The notes below the pieces were generated by a model, which was not told the origin of the DNA, did no database searches, and saw only the letters and a program-made list of their open reading frames with translations. Of a DNA stretch of 64,000 nt, positions 44,235 to 59,561 are shown piece after piece. A program made the position numbers and the translations under genes. The DNA lies in the NCBI GenBank assembly GCA_964016885.1, contig OZ024747.1, forward strand, positions 24,490,001 through 24,554,000, given 5' to 3'. Within the stretch, counting starts at the first letter, position 1, and every line of letters begins with the position of its first letter. Origin of the DNA: Eledone cirrhosa. Taxonomy: Eukaryota.

Positions 44235-46829
44235 TTAAACTTATATAAATCTTCATTGTACTGTGTTGTTTTCCATTTAATTTTCACATACATATATATA
44301 TTGTTTTGTTGAACCTCTGATCGTTTTAATATCAAATGTTTCATTTATTTGAACAGAACAACCTGCCCATGAAATAATCATGTAAGTGGCTGAACATTCC
44401 ACAGACATGTGCACCTTTAACCCTTTCTTTACCAAATTTGTAATGATTTTGAAAATAATCAAGACTTCTGAGAGATTTAGTGATATAACTCATTTTCTCA
44501 TTATTTATCTGGTGTTTGGAACATAACTTAACAATGGTTCTTAGATGAAATTATGAGGGAACAATTTTAGATAAATATATGCACTTTAAAATAAAGGGTT
44601 TTGAAGCATATAACTAATTAGAGGCCGTTTCAGATGGATTAGTATTAAAAGGTTTAACACAGTTTCAGTGAAGATTCAGTATGATATATTTTGTAACAAT
44701 GCTGACCTTTTGAATTACAGGAACAATCCACTTTACCAGCTGAGTGGACTGGACCAATTTGAAATAAAATGTACTGCTCAAGCACACAATGCTCCACCAG
44801 GAAACAAACCCAGCCTTATGATGAGCCCAGGACTCACATTTTCACCTTGTACACTAGGTCAACTTTGCCTTTCAGCCTTCCAGGAGTTGATAAATTAAAG
44901 TACTAGTCAAATACTAGGGTTGATATAATGAATTTTCTCTTTTTGACATAAATTGCTGGCCTTGTGCCTAAAGTAGAAACAATTATTTGTTAGGTGGATT
45001 GGCAGTATCGGTAGAGGTTCGGACGCCATGCTTTCCAGCATAGTTACGTCCCTTTACGATCTGAGTTCAAATCCCGCCGAGGTTGACTTTGCCTTTCATC
45101 CTTATGGGGTCGATAAAATAAAGTACCAGTAATGCACTGCGTAATTGCTTGCCTTGTGCCTAAAGTAGAAACAATTATTTGTCAGGTATTAAGGCGGTAG
45201 ATTGGTAGAATCAATAGAGCGTCAAACAACTTGCTTAGTGGCATAGAGTTAAGGCCTTTACGTTCTAAGTTCAAATCCCGCCCAGGTTAGCTTTGCCTTT
45301 CATCCTCATGGGGTCGATAAAATAAAGCACCAGTAATGTACTGGGGTCGATTTAATTGACTTTCCCCTTCCCACAAATTACTGGCCTTGTGCCTAAATCA
45401 GAAACCATTATTTGTTAAGTAATTAATCCATTTATCTGTTGGTTTAGTAACCAGATGGTTATTTAATTGTCAAAACTCTTTTGTCACACCTTGTGACTAT
45501 TTTGACCCTCTACATCTCTTCATTTCTATTTTGTTCTAGTTATTCCATCTTGTCTTTTTGGTGTTACTAGAACAAAATTGAAATGATGATACAAAAGGCC
45601 AAAATAGCATATGATGAAAGTGCTTTGACAATTAACTAACCATCTGGTTACTAAACAAAGCAAGGACTGTATTGTCAACATGGTTTTTCTCTCTGACTTT
45701 GAGTTGATGTATTTGCATTTGCTTGGTTTAGTTAAGCATTGTTTACCATGTTTATATGAGTCTATGCGTTTATGGTTTTCAGTTAATTTTGAGAATATTA
45801 AAAAATTTAGAGCTATTTAGTAATATAACAAGCATTCTTATTATTTTGATATATAACTTAAATATTCTTAAATAAATTCATAATGGAAGGTTTTAAAATA
45901 AATATTAACACTTTAACCCTTTCAAAACTATATTTTCAATGACAGACACTGCATATGATTTTCAATTAATTTTGAGAATAATCAAAACTTTTGATGTATT
46001 TAGAAACATAACTAACTTTCATATTATTAAGCTGTTGTTTGGGGAACATAACTTAACAAAGGTTCTTACAGAAAATCATAATGGAAGGTTTGTAGATAAA
46101 TATAAATACTTTAAAATAAACAGCTTTGTATCATAGAACCAGTCGTGGTTTCAGATAGTTTAATACTGAAACTGTTAAAGTAACATAAAGCTAACCTCTT
46201 ACTCAAGCTCAATCTCATTTTATTTCTCTCACATTCACTCACTTTTTCTCTGTTTGCCATCAGGATAGAGATGATGATGATGATGATGATGGTGATGGTG
46301 GTGGCTATGACAATGATGATGATAGTGATGAGAATCATGATGACGATGTTAGATGAATGAATGCTTTGTAAAGTTGGTAGTAAAACACTACAAAGTATAT
46401 ATAAACCCTAACATTATTAACACATTTTACCATCATCATCACCACTCCTATCATCGCCTTCATCACTATGACCATGACAATTATCACCATTATCAACATT
46501 GCCACTATCCTCCTCCTCATCACCATCTTTTCAGCTGACATCTACGTAGGTTTAGCTGGCCTCATACCAGCTTGCATCACACAGGAGATTTCTCAGGTAT
46601 TTTATTTATAGAGGTCCCAGTCTTGTCGGTTTTTGTTGTTACAGCTCACACTTATGTATGTCTAGCTGGCCTCCCATTTCTTGGGTGTCTTAATCATAGG
46701 AGCCCCAGTCCATTCATGTTGTTGTTACAGCTCACACTTACGTAGGTTTAGCTGGCCTTTCTGAACACTGGCGAGAACTCCAAGATAGGAAGAACTCATC
46801 CGTACTCCACTAAAATGCCAAAATGGGTG

Positions 46830-47418
46830 CACACAAGAGAACATAGAAATAAAGATTATATCCACACACAGAAAAGACGCAATGTTCCGACAGATTACAG
46901 AAGCGACAAACATAAACAAACTCCAACCAAAATTAAACAGAAAACATGGGTGGAATAGCAACAACATCACAATAAGTAATTAAGGACGATAAAGACATAC
47001 AGAGACACATAAGACCCAACAAACCAGACACACACATATAGAACAAGAAAGCAATTAGTGACAAGTAAATAAATATATAAACACACACACATGGATATAA
47101 CGCATATGCAACACAAGTACACAGCACACAGGTCACAAAAACAAGATGGTGTAGGGCAGAACAAATGAGAGACACAAAATATCAACAAAGGTAGTCACTG
47201 ATGAGGTCACAGAATGTGTGATGAAAGAGCTTTGACAACATATAAACAACCATCTGGTTATTAAACCAACCAACTGGAAATTTGTAATAAACTGAAGTGA
47301 AAACCAACAGGCAGTTGTGTTTTTATTGTCAGTATTATCCTCCTAAACTCTAACAATATCGGTTTCAACACATGTTCAGATAAGAAATCTTGCAAAAGAA
47401 ATACAAAACGAAGTGTAA
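46830..47418 (+). mobile_element. Shorter copy of the second Penelope-like family
   Basis: Similar to 11180-11770 (HRKDAMFRQITEATNINKLQPKLNRKHGWNSN), same hammerhead at 47194, ends at (TA)n. Confidence 0.85.
47194..47236 (+). ncRNA. Minimal type I hammerhead in Penelope-like 3' region (paralogue of 11523)
   Basis: GUCA CUGAUGA G GUCACA-GAAUG-UGUGAU GAAA GAGC UU UGAC. Confidence 0.7.
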
Positions 47419-47419
47419 T

Positions 47420-47451
<32 letters not shown>

Positions 47452-47472
47452 TATATATATATACATACACAT

Positions 47473-47717
<245 letters not shown>

Positions 47718-48399
47718 TATATATATATATATATACATACACATATATACGTGATATGTGTATACACATACATACTAAACAGTTAAATGACAATATTTAA
47801 AGTAAGCAATCATTTTTCCCCAGTTTTACATTGTATCTATATTATCGATGTGAAATCAATGTCGTAAGCTATGAAAATATTTGGTTTGTTCCACCACCAC
47901 CATCATCACCACCATCGCCTTACAACAATCAACATAAGATTATTATTACTGCTGTTGTTACAGCTGAAGCCATTGACATTATCTTCTTTCACACCTACTG
48001 AAAATGAAATGAAATTTATAGCTCACACCTATATTGGTTTAGCTGACCTCCTACGAGCTTGCAGTTTGCACCTCATAGGAGGTTCTCGAGCGTTTTAATG
48101 ATAGGGGCCTCAGTTCTATCATATTGTTGATGTTACAGCTAATACTTGTGGAGATTTTGCAGGCCTTCCATGAGACTGCATCTCAGGTGTTTTAATGATG
48201 GTCCTCTCTCTGTGTTTCAGCTTACACCTGTGTAGGTTCCAGCTGGCCTCTTATGAGGTATCTCTAGTCCTATCTTGACAAGCAAGGTAAAATGAATTCT
48301 CATACTCAAGAAAACAATACACCACTTAGTCCAAGAATTAAACCGAAGACGATGGGTCCAATATTCTAACCACTAGGTTACACATCCCCAACTGCAGCT

Positions 48400-48940
48400 G
48401 TAAATATTGACATCACCTCCCCTCCTACTAATGTACACATTGGTATTACATTCTCCTCCTCCTCCTACTATTGTACATTTTGACATCACTTCCCTTCCTC
48501 CTACACCTGTATATGTTGACATTATCACCCCCTTCTGCTCCCTCTTACACCTGTATATGTTGACATTAGCTCCCCTTCCTCCCCCTCCTACTCCTGTATA
48601 TGTTGTCATTATCATCCCCACTCCCTTTCCTACTCCTGTATATGTTGTCATTATCACCCCCTTCTGCTGCCTCCTACTCCTGTATATGTTGTCATTATCA
48701 CCCACCACCCCTTCTGCTCCCTCCTACTCCTGTATATGTTGTCATTATCTCCCCCCCCCCCTTCTGCTCCCTCCTACTCCTGTATATGTTGTCATTATCA
48801 CCCCCACCCCCCTTCTGCTCCTGTATATGTTGTCATTATCATCCCCACCCCCTTCTTTCCCCCCTCCTACTACTGTACATTGTGACATCACTTCCCCTTC
48901 TCCCTCCTACACCTGTATATGTTGACATTACCTCCCCTTT
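48400..48940. repeat. Variable ~35-50-bp minisatellite
   Basis: CCTCCTACTCCTGTATATGTTGTCATTATC + C-rich segment. Confidence 0.85.
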
Positions 48941-49029
48941 CTACATCAATCATAGCTTTTTTCTAAAGCAAATATTGGTTTTGCAATATGACCAGTGAGT
49001 GAGAAGGTGAGCACAAAGATGCATGTGAG

Positions 49030-49871
49030 AATGAAGGTGAGTGTAAGCATGAGGGTGAGTGTGAACATGAGGGTGAGTGTCAACATGAGAGCGTGTGAGC
49101 ATGAAGGTATGAGCATGAGGGTGAGTGTGAGCATGAGGGTGAGTGTGTGAACATGAGAGAGTGTGAGCATGAGCATGAAGGTGAGTGTGAGCATGAGGGT
49201 GAGTGTGAGCATGGGGATGAGTGTGAGCATGAGGGTGAGTGTGAGCATGAGAGTGAGTGTGAGTATGAGGGTGACTGTGAACATGAGTGTGTGAGCATGA
49301 GCATGAAGGTATGAGCATGAGGGTGAGTGTGAGCATGAGGGTGAGTGTGAGCATGAGGGTGAGTGTGAGCATGAGGGTGAGTGTGAGCATGAGGGTGAGT
49401 GTGAGCATGAGGGTGAGTGTGAGCATGAGGGTGAGTGTGTGAACATGAGAGAGTGTGAGCATGAGCATGAAGGTATGAGCATGAGGGTGAGTGTGAGCAT
49501 GAGGATGAGTGTGAGCATGAGGGTGAGTGTGAGCATGAGGGTGAGTGTGTGAACATGAGAGAGTGTGAGCATGAGCATGAGGGTGAGTGTGAGCATGAGG
49601 GTGAGTGTGAGCATGAGGGTGAGTGTGAGCATGAGGGTGAGTGTGAGCATGAGGGTGAGTGTGAGCATGAGGGTGAGTGTGTGAACATGAGAGAGTGTGA
49701 GCATGAGCATGAAGGTATGAGCATGAGGGTGAGTGTGAGCATGAGGATGAGTGTGAGCATGAGGGTGAGTGTGAGCATGAGAGTGAGTGTGGGCATGAGG
49801 GTGACTGTGAACATGAGAGTGTGTGAGCATGAGGGTGAGTGTAAGCATGAAGGTAAGTATGTGGGTGAGTG
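49030..49871. repeat. 18-bp minisatellite
   Basis: GAGGGTGAGTGTGAGCAT repeats. Confidence 0.9.
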
Positions 49872-50257
49872 CAGGGCCGGTGGTACCATATAGGCAAACT
49901 AGGCAGCTGCCGAGGGCACTGATTTCAGAGGGCACATTTCTCCAAATCAACAACAATTTTGAAAAATAGATAAATAAATAAATTTCGATTTTATTGAGGG
50001 TCGTTTTTTTATCCGGGTTTATTTCATACATGGACAAATACATGTTGAATACTTTTTTTTTAATTTATTGTTTATAAATTTTATAATTTATTGTTAATAA
50101 ATTTTTAATTTATTGTTTATAAATTTTATAATTTATTGTTAATAAATTTTTAATTTATTGTTTATAAATTTTGAAATTGATATTTTCCTTAGGGTGGAGG
50201 TTGGGGGGTGCAGAATCAACCTTGTCTAGGGTGCCAGATAGTCTGGCAACGATCTCG
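49872..50257. mobile_element. hAT-like MITE
   Basis: Starts CAGGGCCGG, degenerate 3' end, flanks GGTGAGTG / GGTGAGTT (possible 8-bp TSD, but the flank is minisatellite); internal ~43-bp tandem repeat. Confidence 0.5.
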
Positions 50258-50387
50258 GGTGAGTTTAAAAAAGAGGGTAAATGTCAGTGTGAGGGTGAGT
50301 GTAAGAATAAGAGTGAATGTGAGCATGTGGGTGTGTGAACATGGAGATAAGGGTGAGTGGAAATTGATTGGTCCCAGAATAGAGGAG

Positions 50388-50448
<61 letters not shown>

Positions 50449-50895
50449 TCCCCAGCAAAGGCCCTTACTCATTGCAGGCTCCCTAGTCTAAGCAGGGGTA
50501 CCTAGTTCCAGCAAGGTCCCTAGTATACCTGCTGATGCCCTAGCCACAACAGTCATGGCAGGATCCTTAGTCTCAGCAGGGCCCTACTCCATGCTGGAAC
50601 CCTAGTACCTCATGAACCCCTGATCCGATCAGTCACTAGTCCTTGACGGACTCCTAATCCCAGCAGAGTCCTTAGTACCTGTGATGTCTCCAGTCCTAGC
50701 AGGACCCTTAGTCCCAGCAGTCCATAGTTCCTGATACAGCTCTTAGTCCCAGCAGGAGCCCTAGTCATAGCTAGGTCCCTAGTTACTGCCAGGGTCCCTT
50801 GGCTTCAACCGAGTCAGCCTTATGATAAACATGGCTCTATAGATATTATGTTACCTTACCTCCAGAAACAATCGGCATTAACAATGTTAACAGAC

Positions 50896-50936
<41 letters not shown>

Positions 50937-50967
50937 CAGCAGCAACAACAACAGCAGTAGCAGAGAT

Positions 50968-51005
50968 ACTTACCTGAAATGAGAAATAAGACAAAGGTAA
51001 GTAAC
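50968..51005 (-). promoter_or_regulatory. Candidate recursive splice site (3'SS immediately followed by 5'SS)
   Basis: Minus strand: CTTACCTTTGTCTTATTTCTCATTTCAG|GTAAGT, junction 50974/50973. Confidence 0.5.
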
Positions 51006-51349
51006 TAATATGTATCAAGATCATCATCATCATCATTATCATCACCATAATCCACACCATTACCAGGATCCTCATCTTCCTCATTACTACTGCCATCATC
51101 ATCATCACCCAGCATCATCATCATCATCATCATCCCCATCATCATCATCATCCAGCATCATCATCATCATCATCCCCAACATCATCATCATCATCATCAT
51201 CATTATCATCACCATCATCTCCTGTGTACTCACAGTGTCATCAAAGAGTCCAGCATATGTGCAGAGGAGAAAGACCAGAGTAACAGGACACTAGCTTGAC
51301 CTTAATAAAGAATATATCAACCTACCTAGTTTAGTAATTATACAGAGAT

Positions 51350-51915
51350 TAGACAATGCCCTTTGCATCTCAAAAAAACTGAGGCCATCACCTTCCCTGC
51401 AGGTAAAACAACCTTGGCCTTCTTTGGAGCAGATGAGAAGGGATGTTTCCACTGCATGGATTGTCTTTTTCTCTGGCTTAAAATGATGAAGCCAACACAT
51501 CCTGGAATAGGAAACGTTCAAAGAAAGCAGCTGGATCTGCTTCAAACAATGTCATATTTTCCAATGATGCGATCAGCCTCATGCACTTATAAGGTATCAG
51601 AAGACGTGGCACCCAACAAATAGAAACCTTCATCATACCAAGTTCATTGTGCGGAATATTTTCAACTCTCTCATAAATTATGCTAATAACATTGGCTATT
51701 TGATTTATAGTAAATCACCTGACATCCATCACCATGTGGTGAACACAATCATTTTTTTTCCTTAGTGATGGTTGTTGCATGATGTTCAGACTTTGGGTCC
51801 TTTCAAGACTCTCCCTTCTCCTCTTAAACTCACTGCCTAGTTTTGCACTGTTGATTAAGTTAGAGTATCATCCCTTAATGTAGCAACCATGTCAATATGA
51901 ATGTCCTCCTTATAT
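51350..51915 (-). pseudogene. Mariner-type transposase remnant
   Basis: Minus strand across frameshifts: EFKRRRESLE (HTH region), WVPRLL motif, WLHHFKPEKKRQSMQWKHP..APKKAKVVLPAGKVMASVF.DAKGI. Confidence 0.85.
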
Positions 51916-51954
51916 TACTAAATAAGTAAGAAATATGACACAAATATCACTTAT

Positions 51955-54683
51955 AACACTATGTAATAAGTGAGTGATGTTACATACTTCACTGTTATAG
52001 CACTACGTAATAAGAGATATTACACACTTCACTGTTATAGCACTACGTAATAAGAGATATTACATACTTCACTGTTATAGCACTACGTAATAAGAGATAT
52101 TACACACTTCACTGTTATAGCACTATGTAATAAGAGATATCACACACTTCACTGTTATAGCACTACGTAATAAGTGAGAGATATCACACACTTCACTGTT
52201 ATAACACTACGTAATAAGAGATATCACACACTTCACTATTATAGCACTACGTAATAGGTGAGCGATATAACACACTTCACTGTTATAGCACTACGTAATA
52301 AGAGATATCACACACTTCACTGTTATAGCACTACGTAATAAGTGCGAGATATCATACACTTCACTGTTGTAGCACTATGTAATAAGAGATATCACACACT
52401 TCACTGTTATAGCACTACGTAATAAGTGCGAGATATCATACACTTCACTGTTATAGAACTACGTAATAAGAGATATCACACACTTCACTGTTATAGCACT
52501 ACATAATAAGTGAGAGATATCACACACTTCACTGTTATAGCACTACGAAATAAGTGAGAGATATCACACACTTCACTGTTATAGCACTACATAATAAGTG
52601 AGAGATATCATACACTTCACTGTTATAGCACTACGTAATAAGTGCGAGATATCATACACTTCACTGTTATAGCACTATGTAATAAGAGATATCACACACC
52701 TCACTGTTATAGCACTACATAATAAGTGAGAGATATCATACACTTCACTGTTATAGAACTACGTAATAAGAGATATCACACACTTCACTGTTATAGCACT
52801 ACATAATAAGTGAGAGATATCACACACTTCACTGTTAGAGCACTACGTAATAAGTGCGAGATATCATACACTTCACTGTTATAGCACTATGTAATAAGAG
52901 ATATCACACACTTCACTGTTATAGCACTACGTAATAAGTGCGAGATATCATACACTTCACTGTTATAGAACTACGTAATAAGAGATATCACACACTTCAC
53001 TGTTATAGCACTACGTAATAAGTGCGAGATATCACACACTTCACTGTTAGAGCACTACGTAATAAGTGAGAGATATCACACACTTCACTGTTATAGCACT
53101 ACGTAATAAGTGAGAGATATCACACACTTCACTGTTAGAGCACTACGTAATAAGTGAGAGATATCACACACTTCACTGTTATAGCACTACCTAATAAGAG
53201 ATATCACACACTTCACTGTTATACCACTACGTAATAAGTGAGAGATATCACACACTTCACTGTTATAGCACTACGTAATAAGAGATATCACACACTTCAC
53301 TGTTATAGCACTACATAATAAGTGAGAGATATCACACACTTCACTGTTATAGCACTACGTAATAAGTGAGAGATATCACACACTTCACTGTTATAACACT
53401 ACGTAATAAGAGATATCACACACTTCACTGTTAGAGCACTACGTAATAAGTGAGAGATATCACACACTTCACTGTTATAGCACTACGTAATAAGTGAGAG
53501 ATATCACACACTTCACTGTTAGAGCACTACGTAATAAGTGAGAGATATCACACACTTCACTGTTAGAGCACTACGTAATAAGTGAGAGATATCACACACT
53601 TCACTGTTATAGCACTACCTAATAAGAGATATCACACACTTCACTGTTATACCACTACGTAATAAGTGAGAGATATCACACACTTCACTGTTATAGCACT
53701 ACGTAGTGAGAGATATCACACACTTCACTGTTATAGCACTACATAATAAGTGAGAGATATCACACACTTCACTGTTATAGCACTACGTAATAAGAGAGGG
53801 ATATCACACACTTCACTGTTATAGCACTACGTAATAAGTGAGAGATATCACACACTTCACTGTTATAACACTACATAATAAGAGATATCACACACTTCAC
53901 TGTTATAGCACTACGTAATAAGTGAGCGATATCACACACTTCACTGTTATAGCACTACGTAATAAGAGATATCAGACACTTCACTGTTATAGCACTATGT
54001 AATAAGTGAGAGATATCACATACTTCACTGTTATAGCACTACGTAATAAGTGAGAGATATCACACACTTCACTGTTATAGCACTACGTAATAAGTGAGAG
54101 ATATCACACACTTCACTGTTATAGCACTACGTAATAAGTGAGAGATATCACACACTTCACTGTTAGAGCACTACGTAATAAGTGAGAGATATCACACACT
54201 TCACTGTTATAGCACTACCTAATAAGAGATATCACACACTTCACTGTTATACCACTACGTAATAAGTGAGAGATATCACACACTTCACTGTTATAGCACT
54301 ACGTAATAAGAGATATCACACACTTCACTGTTATAGCACTACATAATAAGTGAGAGATATCACACACTTCACTGTTATAGCACTACGTAATAAGTGAGCG
54401 ATATCACACACTTCACTGTTATAGCACTACGTAATAAGTGTGAGATATCACACACTTCACTGGTATAGCACTACGTAATAAGTGAGAGATATCACACACT
54501 TCACTGTTATAGCACTATGTAATAAGAGATATCACACACTTCACTGTCATAGCACTACGTAATAAGTGAGAGATATCACACACCTCACTGTTATAGCACT
54601 ACGTAATAAGAGATATCACACACTTCACTGTCATAGCACTACGTAATAAGAGATATCACACACTTCACTGTTATAGCACTACA
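51955..54683. repeat. 40/44-bp minisatellite (~2.7 kb)
   Basis: Unit CACACTTCACTGTTATAGCACTACGTAATAAG(TGAG)AGATATCA, no unique spacers. Confidence 0.95.
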
Positions 54684-54999
54684 ATATTCAGTAACTAAGA
54701 AGGTATCACGTAATTCTAACATGCAGTTGTCATCACAAGACTCATTTCTTAATGAAACAATGTCAATTTTAGTGAAATAGTTAAGATCAGTAAAAGAAGT
54801 GATATGCGAGAGAATGTCAGTGTTAACATTATCCTTAATCAAATTCAGAGTTGACCTATCAGTAATCACAATTCACATGTTGTCGTGTATCAGTTGGTGT
54901 AATTAGAGGTAATGGTTATTGCTGGAGCTTTAACAGCAAAGTTAGAAGAGAACTAACATTCACCACACTGAACAACCTAACATATGCTGTACAATACAC

Positions 55000-56110
55000 T
55001 CCACCATACACTACAACCTATACTACACCATACACTACAACCTATACTACACCATACACTACAACCTACATTACACCATACAACCTAACATATGCTGCAC
55101 AATACACTACAACCTATACAACACCATACACTACAACCTATACTCCACCATACACTACAACCTATACTACACCATACACTACAACCTATACTCCACCATA
55201 CACCACAACCTATACTACACCATACACTACAACCTATACTCCACCATACACTACAACCTATACAACACCATACACTACAACCTATACTCCACCATACACT
55301 ACAACCTATACTCCATCATACACTACAACCTATACTACACCATACACTACAAGCTACATTACACCATACAACCTAACATATGCTGCACAATACACTACAA
55401 CCTATACAACACCATCCACTACAACCTATACAACACCATACAACCTAACATATGCTGCACAATACACTACAACCTATACAACACCATACACTACAACCTA
55501 TACTCCACCATACACTACAACCTATACAACACCATACACTACAACCTATACTACACCATACACTACAACCTATACAACACCATACAACCTAACATATGCT
55601 GCACAATACACTACAACCTATACATCACCATATACTACAACCTATACTACACCATACACTACAATCTATACTACACCATACACTACAATCTATACTACAC
55701 CACACAACCTAACATATGCTGCACAATACACTACAACCTATACATCACCATATACTACAACATACACTACAACCTATACTACACCGTACATTATAACCTA
55801 CACTACACCAATACAACTTAACATACGTTGTACAATACACTACACCGTATACTACAGCCTACACTACACTGTACACTACACCATACACTACACCGTACAA
55901 CCTAACATATACTGTACAATACACTTTACCATACACTACACCATACAACACACCACTCATCACATCATACACTACACCATGCCATACACTACAACACTCA
56001 CTACACCATACAACACACCACTCACTACACCATACAACACACCACTCACTACACCATACAACACACCACTCACTACAACATACAACACACCACTTACCAT
56101 GCCATACCCT
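55000..56110. repeat. 24-bp minisatellite and derivatives
   Basis: ACACTACAACCTATACTACACCAT repeats. Confidence 0.9.
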
Positions 56111-58729
56111 ACACAATATATCAACCCCAGTGCATTACTGGTACTTTATTTTATCGACCCCGTAAGAATGAAAGGCAAAGCTAACCTCAATGGGATTTGA
56201 ACTCAGAACGTAAAGGGCCGTATCTTTATGCTGTGAAGCATGGGGTTCGACGCTCTACCGCTTACTGTCAAGCCACCACCCTAATAATATTGATTTTTTA
56301 CTTAGACAGAAGTCCAGAAATTTGGGGCTGGAGGCAAGATAAGTAAATCATCCTCAGTATTTAACTGGTAGTTTATTTTATTGGCCCATGTTGGTTGAAA
56401 GTCAGACTTGTCATTGGTGAGATCTGAACTGAGAACAGAGGGAACTGAATCAAATACTAATGTATTTAATCTGACACCTTAATGACCACTTAAATAATGT
56501 TGATGATGATGATAGAAATAATAATAATAATAATGATTTCTTTCTTTATTTATTATAATAATAATACTGATAATAACAATAAACATAATTATGATAATTC
56601 TGATAATATTAATAACAATTATCAAGTAATTCCATCTCAATCAATAATGTCTTCTAATTATTGTAATTAAGATTTGTTCTCATTAATTTTATTTATACCC
56701 CCCCCCCCATTTCTCTTCCTTTTATATAAGAATATATGAGATAGATTCTTGGCAATGTATTGTGCCCTTGAGCAAGACACTTTATTTCACATTGCTCCAG
56801 TCCACTCAGCTAGAAAAAATGAGTACTTGAGTAGGAAAGGCAGCTTTGTCACATGGCCCTAGGATACAAAACTGTTTGTTTTAAAGTGTTTATATCTATA
56901 TATCTAAAATCCTTCCATCATAATTTTATGTAAGAACCTTCATTAAGTCATGCTCCAAACACCCGATTAATAACGAGAACGTTAATTATATTACTTAATT
57001 ATTTCTGAATTCTGGATTATTTTGAAAATTATTTGAAAACCATAAGAAATATGATAACAAAAGGGTTAATTTCACAATATTGAAATATGTAGCCTCCCTC
57101 CCCCTCTCTTGCTCTACTCCATGTAGAAAGTATTTCACACTGCTCCAGTTTACTCAGCAGAAAATGTGTACCAGTGGCCATTTGGGGTTAGGTCTGTGAT
57201 AGACTGACCTCTCATTCAAAAGGAGGAAGTCATGTGATCAGTCCCTTAACCTCCATGAAACCAACTCTGGGCATTATCTAATCTGCTCAAACATGGAAAA
57301 AAAAAATTTAAATAATGTGTTTTAGATTTCTCATATGATCCTTAAGAAAATAAACTATGTAGTGTATTTCTTTGTGTATAATATGACTTCTGTTTCTGGA
57401 ACTAAAACAAAGACATATCCTTGTATATAACTACACCAGTGTACAGCCATGTGTAATGTAAATTCTTTTGTAAAGTTACCATTATCCATAAAAATCTTGA
57501 TCTCATAAATATACTTCACTTATGATATTCAGTTTCTTACAATGTTAAAGAATTTACCATTACCAGTACCATTATTTATATAGCACTATAATATCGTTGT
57601 TATTTACAAATCTAATTTCCATAGTTTCTTTTTTAGAACCATTTATTCTAGTTTTCAAACGAGGTACTATATATCAACGAACAATTTCACAGCATCGGAA
57701 TTATCACTCCTATTATTCAAGTGGGCGAAACAAATTTATAATTTAACATTAGTTAGGCCTCAGTTGCAATAATGATGTTATCAAAACATGACTGGTCTTA
57801 TGTAGACATTTTGTTAATTCATTTCATCAATATCCTATCTTTGAGACAAACAAAATACAATTACATTGATTCACAAATAACAAACATTTATGATATATCA
57901 AATACCATTTATAAACAATTGTTATCAACTCATATTTGCAATCTTGCCATTTGAAATAAGTATTTCCAAGGTCAGTAAAATTTTCTGAAAACCTATACTT
58001 GTGTATAATATAACTCCCTCCCACCACTAACGCAATTTTTACCCATGAATTTTAATTTAAAATTTCTCATATATTACACAAGAAAATATGGCATATTTTT
58101 ATAGCAGGTCCACCTATTGTACAGATATGGCCTTTAAGCAAATTTCAAAATTTCAACATACCATATTTTTCTTTAGTGATATATAATAAATAAAATGGAT
58201 GACTATCCACTGATACCACCAGCCTTGACCTTTTAACATATTAAAATATTTTGAATGGAATTAATTAACCCATTACCCACAAGACAAGCAGAATATGAGT
58301 CAAAGTATCACTTATCAACCAGATTTGAATCTCTTCCAACAACAATCCATAATAATATCATATTAATGAGACAATCTTGACAAGTTTTCATAGTTTATTT
58401 GTGTGATTTTGTCATTAAGAAATACATCGATCTGCACCAATCAATCGACCCTCTGAAATGATCGTAAAACAACGAACTAAGTGTCTACCTACACCTGAGT
58501 TCTGTTTTTTATTGTTCTATGCACAAACACATATATGTAAATGACTCTGTAACCTGGAGTGACTTTCATCAAGGATACCTTTAGGTGGTGATCACCTACC
58601 ACAAGAACTAATGGTCACACTGCCAAATCTCACCGTAACCATCATTCCAGGGACATATTGAGTTCTAACAACCTTATTAGCCCCACCATAACCAGGTGGA
58701 TTACAATATATATATATATTTTAATATAG

Positions 58730-58786
58730 AAAAGCTTCTACAGGACTAGAACTGTTTCATTCGTGAGAAATCATCAGGAAGCTTCT
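58730..58786 (-). ncRNA. Type I hammerhead with 4-bp stem III
   Basis: Minus strand: AGAAGCUUC CUGAUGA U-UUC-UCAC-GAA-U GAAA CAG-UUCUAGUC-CUG UA GAAGCUUUU; related copies at ~58999-59045 (+), ~58940-58985 (-, degenerate) and ~33945-33993 (-, truncated). Confidence 0.75.
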
Positions 58787-59125
58787 GCTATGAGTACCTT
58801 ACTTACTGTGATTACCCCCCGATTGAACCCGGAATAACTTATATATATAGCCGTCGAAACGGCTTGAGCTCTGCTGTTGGGGTCATACTTTTTCCTATAT
58901 ATATATATATATATATAACAAAATTTAATATAGAAATGGCTTCTACAGGACTAGAACTGTTTCATTCAAAGGAAATCACCAGGAAAGCTGTTGAGTGTTT
59001 TCCTGATGATTTCCTTCGAATGAAACAGTTCTAGTCCTGTAGAAGCCATTTCCATATTAAATTTTGTTGTATATATTCTACTAATGTATTAAGTACCTTA
59101 ATTACTGAGATTACACCCCGGGACT

Positions 59126-59175
<50 letters not shown>

Positions 59176-59222
59176 ACACACACATATATATATAATATAT
59201 ATATATATATGTGTGTGTGTGT

Positions 59223-59268
<46 letters not shown>

Positions 59269-59526
59269 ATGTGTGTGTGTATACATATATATATATATAT
59301 ACACAAATACAGACATACATACACATCACACACATATGTACACATGTATGTATATCTTTTGACATCACAGATTTAAACATGGCCAATATGTATATTAAGT
59401 TCTTCACTGTCCATTCTATACTGACAAATATCTCATCTTATATACACACACATGCATATATGTATGTATGTATGTATGTGTATGTATGTATGTATGTATG
59501 TATGTATGTATGTATGTATGTATGTA

Positions 59527-59561
<35 letters not shown>

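Noticed and set aside
48946-50043. His/Thr-rich long ORFs
   Set aside because: Stop-free 18-bp minisatellite open in all three minus frames.
51955-54683. CRISPR-like regular repeat
   Set aside because: Units are contiguous with no unique spacers, no cas genes, eukaryotic context.
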